A stretch of DNA of 32,000 nucleotides from Flavobacteriaceae bacterium (GTDB taxonomy: Bacteria; Bacteroidota; Bacteroidia; Flavobacteriales; Flavobacteriaceae), in contig OZ245049.1 in the NCBI GenBank assembly GCA_965224465.1, forward strand, positions 1,260,001 to 1,292,000. Direction: 5' to 3'. The notes beneath the pieces are model-generated. The model was given only the letters and a program-made list of their open reading frames with translations. It did not search any database and was not told where the DNA came from. A program made the position numbers and the translations under genes. Below, in pieces: positions 1-11,058 of the stretch; position 1 is the first letter of the stretch; each line of letters starts with the position of its first letter.

Positions 1-635
1 TAAATGAAAATGGCTACACTTTTGTAGATGTTGCAATGGACGTAGAAGAAACCACCTCTTTATTTAAAAAAAACACCTATGATTTGGTCTTGATGGACAT
101 AAACTTAGGTGATAATAGTCCGATGAATGGCATTGAACTAATTAAATGGTTAGCTAAAATATATTCTTTTTCTTTCCTATATGTTACTGCAAATACAGAC
201 GAAAACACCATTAAAAAAGCAAAGGTTACAAACCCTGCTGGGTATATTGTAAAACCTTTTGTAAGTGCTTCTATCTATGCAAATGTAGCCATTGTTTTAA
301 ACAGTATAAAACAGGAGGACATCTTTTCATTTTTTAATAAAGGAATGCAACAAAAGGTACTTCTAACTGACATTGCCTATTTGGAAGCAGATGGCGCATA
401 TGTTTATATATACACCTTAAAGAATACTAAATACCTAATCCGAAAATCACTTTTAGAGTTTAAAGACCTGTACCCAAGCGCTTTTCTTCGGATTCATAAA
501 TCTATTTTAATCAACAAACAGCATATACAAGGATACACCAGTCAATCTGTTCAAATAAACGGTCAGAAATTACCTTTAGGAAGAGCGTTCAAACAACAGT
601 TTATAATGCAGATTAAAGAAACTACATTTCATTAA
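1..635 (+). CDS. LytTR-family two-component response regulator (5' end lies outside the window)
   Basis: Frame 3 is open from the window edge (NENGYTFVDVAMDVEE...), so the ATG at 36 is probably internal. Receiver-domain pattern (DLVLMDINL ... IVKPF) is followed by a LytTR DNA-binding domain (LLTDIAYLEADGAYVYIYT ... FLRIHKSILIN). Confidence 0.85.
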   Translation, partial: NENGYTFVDVAMDVEETTSLFKKNTYDLVLMDINLGDNSPMNGIELIKWLAKIYSFSFLYVTANTDENTIKKAKVTNPAGYIVKPFVSASIYANVAIVLNSIKQEDIFSFFNKGMQQKVLLTDIAYLEADGAYVYIYTLKNTKYLIRKSLLEFKDLYPSAFLRIHKSILINKQHIQGYTSQSVQINGQKLPLGRAFKQQFIMQIKETTFH

Positions 636-636
636 T

Positions 637-753
637 ACCAACTAAAACCCAAAGTAACCGATATAAATAGGTTATTTTACGTTCTAGCATTGTTAAAAAG
701 TAGAACTATATCTATGGCTATCCTTAGATTTTTCGTCTAGCTAAAACAAAAAA
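637..753 (+). repeat. 117-nt intergenic repeat, copy B1 (inverted partner at 23205-23321)
   Basis: Ungapped manual alignment of 637-747 to the reverse complement of 23211-23321 gives about 91/111 matches. The shared TTTTTTGTTTTAGC end extends the match to 117 nt. Confidence 0.7.
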
Positions 754-792
754 CACCCTTACTTTGAATAGTTCAAAATAAGGGTGTTTTAT
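748..792. terminator. Bidirectional intrinsic terminator between the convergent response regulator gene and carB
   Basis: Long hairpin 753-787 (ACACCCTTA/TAAGGGTGT outer stem, TTTGAA/TTCAAA inner stem, 3-nt loop). It is flanked by an A-run at 748-753 and a T-run at 787-790. Confidence 0.7.
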
Positions 793-814
793 AAATTAAG
801 TAATTCTTAATTTT

Positions 815-3664
815 TTATTTACTTAAATACATTTTCCTACGTGCGTACAATTCATAGAATGTATCATCTTTTAGATCCTCTATAAACAAGATACTTTCTC
901 CTGTAGATTTCATTTCTGGCCCTAAATTCTTATCTACGTTAGGAAACTTATCGAAAGAAAATACAGGTTGCTTAATAGCGTAGCCATCCAATGTAGGGTT
1001 AAACTTAAAATCTTTTACTTTATTCACTCCCAACATTACTTTGGTTGCGTAATTCACATAAGGTTCTCCGTAGGCTTTTGCAATAAATGGTACGGTACGA
1101 GATGCTCTAGGATTTGCTTCAATAATATAAACAATATCATTTTTAATAGCAAACTGAATATTAATCAATCCAACAGTTTTTAATGCTTTGGCTATTTTTA
1201 CGGTATGATCTTTTATTTGTTGCATCACAAACTCTCCTAAATTAAAAGGAGGCAAAGTTGCGTTTGAATCTCCAGAATGGACACCACAAGGCTCAATATG
1301 TTCCATAATACCAATTATGTATACATCATCTCCATCGCAAATAGCATCTGCTTCAGCTTCTATAGCACCTTCTAAATAACGATCTAACAACAATACATTG
1401 TTAGGGATTTTATGCAATAACTCTACAACATGTTTTTCTAATTCGTCTTTATTAATTACAATTTTCATTCCTTGCCCTCCTAACACATATGAAGGACGCA
1501 CCAAAATAGGAAAGTCTAAGTCGTTTGCAACTTCTAAAGCTTCATCGGCTGTGGTCGCAGTACCAAATTCAGGATAGGGAATACCTAAGGTTTTTAACAA
1601 CTCAGAAAAACGACCTCTATCTTCTGCTAAATCCAAGGCTTCAAAAGAAGTACCAATAATTTTAATACCGTGTTTTTCTAATTTCTCTGCAAGTTTCAAT
1701 GCTGTTTGTCCACCTAACTGTACAATAACACCTTCGGGTTTTTCATGTTTAATGATATCGTAAATATGTTCCCAAAAAACAGGTTCAAAATACAGTTTAT
1801 CCGCAGTATCAAAATCTGTAGACACTGTTTCTGGATTACAGTTAATCATTATGGTTTCGTAGCCGACTTCTTTGGCAGCCAATACACCATGAACACAACA
1901 ATAATCAAATTCTATTCCTTGACCAATTCTATTTGGTCCAGAACCTAATACTACAATTTTCTTTTTAGCGGTTACTATACTTTCATTATCTGCCTTTGCG
2001 CCATCTGCTGTAATCATCTTACGTTCAAAAGTAGAGTAGTAATAAGGTGTTTGTGCATCAAATTCTGCAGCACAAGTATCAACCAATTTATACACTCGTT
2101 TTACGTCTAGCTCTTCACGTTTATTACAAATCTGACTTTCTAAACAGCCAAGTATATGTGCTATTTGTCGGTCTGCAAAACCTTTCTGTTTGGCTTCTAA
2201 CATTAATTCCGCATCTATGGTCTCTAATGTTTTGGTCTTTATCTCATTTTCTAAAACAAATAATGCTTCGTATTGTTTCAAGAACCACATATCTATTTTT
2301 GTGATTTCATGAATTCTACTCAATGGCATTCCAATACTAATGGCATCATAAATCACAAATACACGGTCGTAACTCGGATATTTTAATTTTTGTATAATGG
2401 TATCATAATTGGTTTCTCCTTTACCATCTACCCCCAAACCATTACGATTTATCTCTAAAGACTGTGTCGCTTTTTGCAATGCCTCTTGGAACGAGCGTCC
2501 AATCCCCATAACTTCTCCTACAGATTTCATTTGCAAACCTATGGTACGTTCAGAACCTTCAAATTTATCAAAATTCCAACGTGGTATTTTTACAATTACA
2601 TAATCCAATGTAGGCTCAAATAAAGCAGAAGTAGTTTTTGTAATTTGATTTTTCAATTCATCTAAATGATATCCAATAGCCAATTTAGCAGCTATTTTTG
2701 CGATAGGATATCCCGTAGCTTTTGAAGCCAAGGCAGAAGAGCGAGAAACTCTCGGATTGATTTCAATAGCAATAATTTCTTCATTTTCGTCAGGACTTAC
2801 TGCAAACTGGACATTACATCCACCTGCAAAATCACCAATATTACGCATCATGTGAATGGCATGATCACGCATTCTTTGAAATGTTGTATCCGATAAAGTC
2901 ATTGCTGGAGCTACAGTAATAGAGTCTCCTGTATGAATCCCCATTGGATCCATATTCTCAATGGTACAAATAATAACTACGTTATCATTTTTATCACGCA
3001 ACAATTCCAATTCGTATTCTTTCCAGCCTAATAAAGCTCTATCTATCAATACTTCGTGAATAGGAGAAGCCTCTAAACCTCTTTTTAATAAGGTATCAAA
3101 ATCTTCTTTTTCATAAACTATAGAAGCTCCAGTACCTCCTAGTGTAAATGAAGGACGGATCACCAAAGGAAATCCAAACTCCTGTGCAATCTCTTTTCCT
3201 TTTAAGTAAGAGCCTGCGATTTTGGAAGGTGCTTGCCCTACGCCTATTTTTATCATTAACTCACGAAACTTTTCACGGTCTTCGGTTACGTTAATAGCAT
3301 CAATATTCACCCCTATAATTTTCACTTCGAAGTCTTCCCAAATACCTTTATCCTGAGCTTCAATACACAAATTCAAAGCTGTCTGCCCACCCATTGTAGG
3401 TAGGACTGCATCAATATTTGGATGCTTTTTAAGAATCTCGATAATCGATTTTGTGGTAATCGGTTTTAAGTAAATATTATCCGCTAAACTAGGATCTGTC
3501 ATAATAGTAGCAGGATTTGAATTGATCAAAGTCACTTCTATCCCCTCCTCTTTTAAAGACCTAATTGCCTGAGAACCTGAATAATCAAATTCACATGCTT
3601 GTCCAATCACAATAGGTCCGGATCCTATTATTAGTACTGATTTTATCGAATTATCTCTTGGCAT
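815..3664 (-). CDS. carB: Carbamoyl-phosphate synthase large subunit, short 949-aa form
   Basis: 949-aa ORF with two ATP-grasp halves and full-length similarity to CarB (IIGSGPIVIGQACEFDYSG ... VLGSGPNRIGQGIEFDYC). It ends shortly after the second MKSTGE motif. Confidence 0.97.
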   Translation of the reverse strand: MPRDNSIKSVLIIGSGPIVIGQACEFDYSGSQAIRSLKEEGIEVTLINSNPATIMTDPSLADNIYLKPITTKSIIEILKKHPNIDAVLPTMGGQTALNLCIEAQDKGIWEDFEVKIIGVNIDAINVTEDREKFRELMIKIGVGQAPSKIAGSYLKGKEIAQEFGFPLVIRPSFTLGGTGASIVYEKEDFDTLLKRGLEASPIHEVLIDRALLGWKEYELELLRDKNDNVVIICTIENMDPMGIHTGDSITVAPAMTLSDTTFQRMRDHAIHMMRNIGDFAGGCNVQFAVSPDENEEIIAIEINPRVSRSSALASKATGYPIAKIAAKLAIGYHLDELKNQITKTTSALFEPTLDYVIVKIPRWNFDKFEGSERTIGLQMKSVGEVMGIGRSFQEALQKATQSLEINRNGLGVDGKGETNYDTIIQKLKYPSYDRVFVIYDAISIGMPLSRIHEITKIDMWFLKQYEALFVLENEIKTKTLETIDAELMLEAKQKGFADRQIAHILGCLESQICNKREELDVKRVYKLVDTCAAEFDAQTPYYYSTFERKMITADGAKADNESIVTAKKKIVVLGSGPNRIGQGIEFDYCCVHGVLAAKEVGYETIMINCNPETVSTDFDTADKLYFEPVFWEHIYDIIKHEKPEGVIVQLGGQTALKLAEKLEKHGIKIIGTSFEALDLAEDRGRFSELLKTLGIPYPEFGTATTADEALEVANDLDFPILVRPSYVLGGQGMKIVINKDELEKHVVELLHKIPNNVLLLDRYLEGAIEAEADAICDGDDVYIIGIMEHIEPCGVHSGDSNATLPPFNLGEFVMQQIKDHTVKIAKALKTVGLINIQFAIKNDIVYIIEANPRASRTVPFIAKAYGEPYVNYATKVMLGVNKVKDFKFNPTLDGYAIKQPVFSFDKFPNVDKNLGPEMKSTGESILFIEDLKDDTFYELYARRKMYLSK

Positions 3665-3731
3665 TTTTTTGTTTTTTTAGTGTATTTCTGGTATCGCAAT
3701 AAAGATACTACTTAATTTATTGAATAGGTCT

Positions 3732-3764
3732 AAAAAAAAGGTGTTGCTAATAAAAGCAACACCC
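3732..3764 (-). terminator. Intrinsic terminator of rpmH
   Basis: On the minus strand, GGTGTTGCT-loop-AGCAACACC is followed by eight T (3732-3739), 23 nt downstream of the rpmH stop. Confidence 0.7.
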
Positions 3765-3786
3765 TGTATATAAAACTAACGTTTCA

Positions 3787-3948
3787 TTATTTTTTTGGTC
3801 TAGGATCTGAAGAAACAGAAATTCTTTTTCTTCCTTTAGCTCTTCTTCTAGCTAAAACTTTTCTACCAGTAACAGAAGCCATACGCTCTCTAAAACCGTG
3901 CTTATTTCTTCTTTTTCTTTTTGATGGTTGGTATGTTCTTTTGCTCAT
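3787..3948 (-). CDS. rpmH: 50S ribosomal protein L34 (absent from the ORF track because it is only 53 aa)
   Basis: Manual translation of the minus strand gives [53 protein letters not shown], a textbook L34 sequence. Confidence 0.92.
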   Translation of the reverse strand: MSKRTYQPSKRKRRNKHGFRERMASVTGRKVLARRRAKGRKRISVSSDPRPKK

Positions 3949-4021
3949 TACAAATATCTTTAATAATCCTATTTTTCTATTTAATACTTAGACATTTCTC
4001 TATGCTGTCTAAAAGCGTTTG

Positions 4022-4052
4022 CAAATATACAAATCCATTTCTTTTTGACAAA
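4022..4052 (-). promoter_or_regulatory. Bacteroidota-type promoter candidate for rpmH
   Basis: The minus strand reads TTTG (4052-4049), a 19-nt spacer, then TATATTTG (4029-4022). This is an exact fit to TTTG-N19-TAnnTTTG, about 74 nt upstream of the ATG. Confidence 0.5.
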
Positions 4053-4732
4053 TAGATTGTTGTAAATTTTACAAAAAATATTATCAACAGGTAAAAAAGA
4101 ACGTTCAAAACGGCAGTCAGAATTCAAATTAGAGCGCTAAACACCTTTAATAACAGCTGACACACAGTTTATTACAATAATTTATTTTTTATAAAAAATA
4201 CACCCCTTGAAAAAGCAACTAAAATAAAAATACACTTAAAAACACGCAAAACAACAAGAACTCAAAGCACTTAGCATCAAATTACCCCAAAAACAACAGA
4301 AAAACCACTTGTATTCTAACTATAAAAAATTATTTTTTAGCACAAGCTCCTTAAAATCTTCGTATATTAGCTCACTTAAAGCCCCTATGTTTTAACTCTG
4401 TTTTTTTTTACAATAAAACAACTTTTAAAAAGTATGATTGCTCTTAACAATCATTAAAACACGGCTAGCTTATTCATAGCATAATAAGCGATTCACAAGA
4501 AAAACAAGAATCCGTCACTAAACCGATTCAAACAATTACAATGTACCCAACACAAAAGAAAAGAAAACAACCCTGAAAATCACTTCTCATAGTTCGTATA
4601 AAAACCTCTCATCGTTTTTTTACATCCTTTTTAACCAATACATTTAATTAATTGTTCTGTTAAAACAAATTAACAGAACTCCTCGCTACCAATAAATAAT
4701 AAGTATCAGTAGCACTTACATACATAAAATAA

Positions 4733-6418
4733 ATGCACAGTATATTCAAACCCAAATTATACAGTTTATTAAAATCTGGAATCAACAGCAAACAAATCCG
4801 AGCAGACATCCTTTCTGGTATTGTTGTAGGAATTATAGCACTACCACTATCTATAGCCTTTGCTGTAGCATCTGGAGTCTCCCCTGAAAAAGGGATTATC
4901 ACAGCCATTATTGCTGGATTTATAATAGCAACACTCGGAGGAAGTCGTGTCCAAATAGGTGGTCCTACAGGCGCTTTTATAGTAATTGTTTTTGGTATTG
5001 TCGAAAAATACGGATTTGAAGGACTTGTAATCTCCACCATCCTTTCTGGAATATTACTTATCATCTTTGGATTGCTAAAACTTGGCGCCTTGCTAAAATA
5101 TTTCCCATACCCATTAATTGTAGGATTTACAAGCGGTATTGCCGTGATCATATTCTCTACACAGGTAAAAGACGCTTTAGGATTAGACATTCAAAAAGTA
5201 CCTTCTGGCTTTACCGAGAAATGGACCGTCTACTTTTCTCACATCAGCGAGCTCAGCATCTATCCAACTGCCATAACAATAGCAACCATCCTTTTAGTAG
5301 TTTACACCGTCAAAATAACACGAAAAGTACCTGGGGCATTTATCGCTATTATTCTATTTACAGTACTTGTACAAGTATTAGACATCCCCGTAACCACAAT
5401 AGAAACATTTTTCGGAGACATTCCTACAACAATAAATTTTAGCATTCCTAACTTAGATCTTAATCACATCTCTGTATACTTTGCGCCTGCATTAGTAATT
5501 GCATTATTAGGCAGCATAGAATCCCTCCTATCTGCGGTGGTTTCCGACGGAATGATCGGTGGGAATCACAGGTCAAACACAGAACTAATCGCACAGGGAA
5601 TCGCCAATATAGTAACGCCATTTTTTGGAGGTATTCCAGCTACAGGAGCCATTGCACGTACAGCGACAAATGTAAAAAATGGTGGACGTACACCAATTGC
5701 AGGAATCGTACATGCTATTACCCTATTGCTCATCATGCTTTTGATGGGGAAATGGGCAAAATTAATACCAATGTCTTGCTTGGCGGGCATCCTAATTGTA
5801 GTTGCTTATAACATGAGTGAATGGAGGTCTTTTATCTCCATACTAAAAGGAAGTTATTTTGACATCATTATATTGCTGACTACTTTCTTACTAACTGTAT
5901 TTGTTGACCTGACAGTTGCCATTGAAATAGGCATTGTTTTATCTGCCTTATTATTTATGAAAAGAATGGCAGATATAGGCTTAAAAATACCTACTGAGAT
6001 TGACAGTGACCTAATCAATGATTACTCCTCTCTCCCTAAAAATATCAACATCTACGAAATAAGTGGCCCTCTGTTTTTTGGATCTGCAAAACGCTACACA
6101 GAAACCCTTAAAACAATGGGGTACAAAAGTAACATCTTAATTATCCGTATGAGACATGTCCCTTTTATTGATGCGACTGGATTTCAAAATTTAAAAAATG
6201 TGATTGCTACATTAAACAACGATGGAGTTGTAATTCTATTCTCTGGAATAAATGAAAAATCCTTAATTAAAAACGACATTAAAAAACTAGAAGTTTTAAT
6301 AGGAAGTACACATGTCTTTGACACTTTTAAAGCTGCTGTTACCTATGCAATGTCCATAGAAAAAAAGCAGGAAACCACAATCTTAGATCCCTTTCATAAA
6401 AAACCACTTAAAATTTAA
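4733..6418 (+). CDS. SulP-family inorganic anion (sulfate/bicarbonate) transporter with C-terminal STAS domain
   Basis: 561-aa polytopic membrane protein with SulP signatures (GPTGAF, SLLSAVV, ELIAQGIANI), followed by a cytoplasmic STAS-like tail (INIYEISGPLFFGSA ... IDATG). Confidence 0.9.
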   Translation: MHSIFKPKLYSLLKSGINSKQIRADILSGIVVGIIALPLSIAFAVASGVSPEKGIITAIIAGFIIATLGGSRVQIGGPTGAFIVIVFGIVEKYGFEGLVISTILSGILLIIFGLLKLGALLKYFPYPLIVGFTSGIAVIIFSTQVKDALGLDIQKVPSGFTEKWTVYFSHISELSIYPTAITIATILLVVYTVKITRKVPGAFIAIILFTVLVQVLDIPVTTIETFFGDIPTTINFSIPNLDLNHISVYFAPALVIALLGSIESLLSAVVSDGMIGGNHRSNTELIAQGIANIVTPFFGGIPATGAIARTATNVKNGGRTPIAGIVHAITLLLIMLLMGKWAKLIPMSCLAGILIVVAYNMSEWRSFISILKGSYFDIIILLTTFLLTVFVDLTVAIEIGIVLSALLFMKRMADIGLKIPTEIDSDLINDYSSLPKNINIYEISGPLFFGSAKRYTETLKTMGYKSNILIIRMRHVPFIDATGFQNLKNVIATLNNDGVVILFSGINEKSLIKNDIKKLEVLIGSTHVFDTFKAAVTYAMSIEKKQETTILDPFHKKPLKI

Positions 6419-6530
6419 CAGAAACTAAGGGGATTTAGCAAGAGAAATCTAAAAAAGAGGCAATAAAAAGCCGAAAAAACATGAATTTTTCTTTAAAAAG
6501 ATAAAAAACAATAAAATTATTATAAAACTA

Positions 6531-8191
<1,661 letters not shown>

Positions 8192-8347
8192 GACTACCTA
8201 TGGTTTTTAAAAACAACACTTAAACACCGTAGGCTACTGAAATTAAGCCAGTAACACTATTTTATTTATTAATCTGATAAAAATAAAGTGTCTCTATAAT
8301 GCGCCAATATGCGTTCTACATGACACAATGACATTTTAACATAATAT

Positions 8348-10249
8348 ATGGAACAAAAAAAATTCGATTCAACCTCCTTAATAGGAATGCTACTTCTAGG
8401 AGTTATCATGATTTGGTATATGTACACCAACCAACCAAGTCCTGAAGAATTAGAAAAAAAAGCAGCAATAGAGCAGGTTGAAAAATCCACTCCAAGTACC
8501 AAAATTGAACTTGTACAAAGCAACCAAGCAATTATAGTAAACCCAAAAGATTCCTTGGCATTGATTAAAGCTCAAGGTAAACTTGGTTCTTTTGCTTATT
8601 CTGCTACTTTAGCTTCAGCTTCTGACAATGAAACCGTCTTAGAAAACGACGTTTTAAAATTGGTGATATCTAATAAAGGTGGACAAATAAAACAAGCGTT
8701 AATTAAGAATTATGTGACACATGATTCGTTACCATTAAATTTAATAAAGGAGAACAACGCCAAATTCAATATCAATTTTGGTACATCTGACAACAGAACT
8801 TTAAATACAAGTGATTTATTTTTCGAACCTACATTGACTAATAGTGGGGAAGATCAGATATTGTCCATGAAATTAAAAGTGAGTGAACATGAATTCCTAG
8901 AATTCAGATATGTAATGAAACCTAATCAATATATGTTAGATTTCACAGTTCGTTCACAAGGATTATCGCAACATATAAACAGCGGTCAAAAAATAAATTT
9001 AGACTGGAGTTTAAATGCTTTTAGCAATGAAAAAAGCATCACCTACGAAAATCAACAAACAGAATTATACTACGAAAAAGAAGACGAAAACATTGATTAC
9101 CTCTCTGTAGGTAAAGAAGACGATGCTACAGAAACAGACGTAAACTGGATCGCATACAAACAACATTTCTTCTCTTCTATATTGGTAAGTGAAGATGGTT
9201 TTTCAACGGCTAATTTAATTTCGAAATCACTTGTTGTTGACGAAAAAATAGACACTACTTTTACAAAGCATTTTGCCCTTAGCGCTCCTTTAGAATTAAA
9301 AAATGGAGAATTGGATTCAAAAATGCAATGGTATTATGGTCCAAACGACTATCAAATTTTAAAAGAATACCCTAGAGATATTAAAAAGATTCTAAACTTA
9401 GGTTGGGGAATATTTGGAATGATAAACCGTGCTCTTTTTATTCCTCTATTTAATTTCTTACAACTTTTTATAGGGAACTACGGATTAATTATCATTTTAA
9501 TGACGGTAATTGTACGTATTTTTATGTCACCACTGGTATACAAATCGTATTTATCAAGTGCTAAAATGAAAGTACTGCGTCCAGAAATGGAAGTTATCAA
9601 TAAGAAATACCCTGGAAAAGAGAATGCTATGAAACGTCAACAAGAGACCATGGCACTCCAACGTAAAGCTGGCGTAAGTCCATTATCTGGTTGTATCCCT
9701 GCTTTATTACAAATGCCTGTGTTCTTTGCTTTATTCCGATTTTTCCCAGCAAACATAGACATCAGACAACAAGGCTTCTTATGGGCAGATGATTTATCAG
9801 CTTATGACAGTGTTTATCAATTACCTTTCGACATCCCTTTTTATGGAGATCATATTAGTTTGTTCCCTATATTGGCGTCAATCGCAATTTTCTTTTACAT
9901 GCGTATGAGTCAAAGTCAACAAATGAACATGCAACAACCTACGCAAGAAGGAATGCCAGACATGCAAAACATGATGAAAATGATGATGTATTTTTCTCCT
10001 ATCATGATGTTGATCTTCTTTAATAAATACGCCAGTGGATTGAGTTTGTATTATTTCATCTCAAATTTACTTACCGTATCTATAATGTTAGTGATCAAAA
10101 ACTATATTATTGATGAGAATAAAATACTTGCACAAATAGAAGTTAATAAAAAGAAAACACCTAAAAAAGAGAGTAAATTTCGCCAACGCTTAAATAGCGC
10201 TATGAAACAAGCTCAAGATCAACAAACACAGAAAAAAAAGAAAAAATAA
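8348..10249 (+). CDS. yidC: Membrane protein insertase YidC (long Bacteroidota form with large periplasmic domain)
   Basis: 633-aa ORF with an N-terminal TM segment, a large periplasmic domain, a conserved C-terminal 5-TM core (GWGIF ... NYGLIIILMTVIVR ... GCIPALLQMPVFFALF) and a lysine-rich tail. Confidence 0.95.
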   Translation: MEQKKFDSTSLIGMLLLGVIMIWYMYTNQPSPEELEKKAAIEQVEKSTPSTKIELVQSNQAIIVNPKDSLALIKAQGKLGSFAYSATLASASDNETVLENDVLKLVISNKGGQIKQALIKNYVTHDSLPLNLIKENNAKFNINFGTSDNRTLNTSDLFFEPTLTNSGEDQILSMKLKVSEHEFLEFRYVMKPNQYMLDFTVRSQGLSQHINSGQKINLDWSLNAFSNEKSITYENQQTELYYEKEDENIDYLSVGKEDDATETDVNWIAYKQHFFSSILVSEDGFSTANLISKSLVVDEKIDTTFTKHFALSAPLELKNGELDSKMQWYYGPNDYQILKEYPRDIKKILNLGWGIFGMINRALFIPLFNFLQLFIGNYGLIIILMTVIVRIFMSPLVYKSYLSSAKMKVLRPEMEVINKKYPGKENAMKRQQETMALQRKAGVSPLSGCIPALLQMPVFFALFRFFPANIDIRQQGFLWADDLSAYDSVYQLPFDIPFYGDHISLFPILASIAIFFYMRMSQSQQMNMQQPTQEGMPDMQNMMKMMMYFSPIMMLIFFNKYASGLSLYYFISNLLTVSIMLVIKNYIIDENKILAQIEVNKKKTPKKESKFRQRLNSAMKQAQDQQTQKKKKK

Positions 10250-10374
10250 CTTCGTTTATTTATCTTATAAATCCTCAATGAGGGTTTTGTTCTCCGAGGA
10301 CCGGCTTTGAAACAGAAAACAATGTTTCGAAAGCACCTCTCGCATCCTTGGGGCAAGATTGTTGCTTATAGAGA

Positions 10375-10415
10375 AGCACCATTTGACATATAAAATGTTA
10401 AATGGTGCTTTTTTT
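10375..10415 (+). terminator. Strong intrinsic terminator downstream of yidC
   Basis: 15-bp stem AGCACCATTTGACAT / ATGTTAAATGGTGCT with one G-U pair and a 5-nt loop, followed by a 7-T run. Confidence 0.75.
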
Positions 10416-10467
10416 ATTGACACCATCCATCTCGTAAAAACAATGCGCTATAACAGCAAAGACTTTA

Positions 10468-10508
10468 CACCAATACATTTCCAAGTATCGGTTTAGAATT
10501 GTAATTGA
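10468..10508 (+). repeat. Intergenic A-motif, copy A1 (most diverged)
   Basis: 10469-10500 (ACCAATACATTTCCAAGTATCGGTTTAGAATT) matches the 33-nt core of the other copies with one 1-nt deletion and three substitutions. Confidence 0.7.
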
Positions 10509-10668
10509 TAGCACACTACTTCCTTCAAAATATTTCTATTTCGATGAAACCCAAACAACGACAGAAATTAATTATCTATCGTCAAGAAAAAGAAAAACAA
10601 CTGCCTTATTTTATACCGTAATTTGGAAATTGACTTTTTAAATTAAAATTTATTATATTGTATGAATC

Positions 10669-11058
10669 ATGATAGATTACACCTTTGACAAAAAAAAACA
10701 AATACTCTGGATAACACTAAAAGGAGATGTATCTATACATCACTTCCTCTCTTTGTATAAAGAAATTCAATACTCTTTGAACCTTCCTGACACCCTAAAA
10801 ATACTGGTAGACAATAGAAAATCTAAAAGTGATTTTAATTTAAAAGAGATGAAAATGATGAAAGAATACACAGAAAGAGAACTCAAACAATTTAAGTATA
10901 TCAAAGAAGCTGTAGTTGTAAAATCTATAAAAGATACCACATCCGCATTGTTTTTCAAGAACATTACCGCTACTAACAACTTTCACTTTGAAGTTTTCAC
11001 AACATTAGAAGCTGCCACGCGATGGTTGCAAGTGGATTATACCGATGTAACCTTATAA
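10669..11058 (+). CDS. Small hypothetical protein, possibly SpoIIAA-like/STAS-fold
   Basis: 129-aa ORF in an otherwise ORF-free interval. Length, alternating pattern and the C-terminal EAATRWL resemble SpoIIAA-like (STAS/SEC14-like) small proteins. The assignment rests on recall only. Confidence 0.5.
   Translation: MIDYTFDKKKQILWITLKGDVSIHHFLSLYKEIQYSLNLPDTLKILVDNRKSKSDFNLKEMKMMKEYTERELKQFKYIKEAVVVKSIKDTTSALFFKNITATNNFHFEVFTTLEAATRWLQVDYTDVTL

Noticed and set aside
3949-4732. Possible chromosomal origin (oriC). rpmH, yidC and dnaN all lie within 15 kb, gene orientation diverges here, and there is a long AT-rich spacer next to rpmH.
   Set aside because: I found only one near-consensus DnaA box (TTATCAACA at 4081-4089) and no TGTGnAWAA on the other strand. 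There is no box cluster, and neither dnaA nor rnpA is nearby. The 419-nt spacer upstream of dnaN (16937-17355) likewise has no convincing boxes. A DnaA-box or GC-skew scan of the whole genome would settle it.
4660-5190. 176-aa minus-strand ORF overlapping the start of the SulP gene.
   Set aside because: It is antisense to a well-supported transporter gene and its composition mirrors the sense strand. The same reasoning applies to 5221-5442, 5566-5790, 968-1183, 1745-1948, 2047-2304 and 2409-2603 (inside carB). It also applies to 8269-8523, 10767-10979, 11599-11793, 12558-12818, 13050-13352, 13867-14061, 16384-16653, 17379-17639, 17679-17867, 18282-18470, 18593-18778, 20850-21179, 21207-21509, 21522-21764, 25448-25642, 27522-27803, 28475-28777, 29405-29674, 29728-29940, 30504-30758 and 31310-31504.
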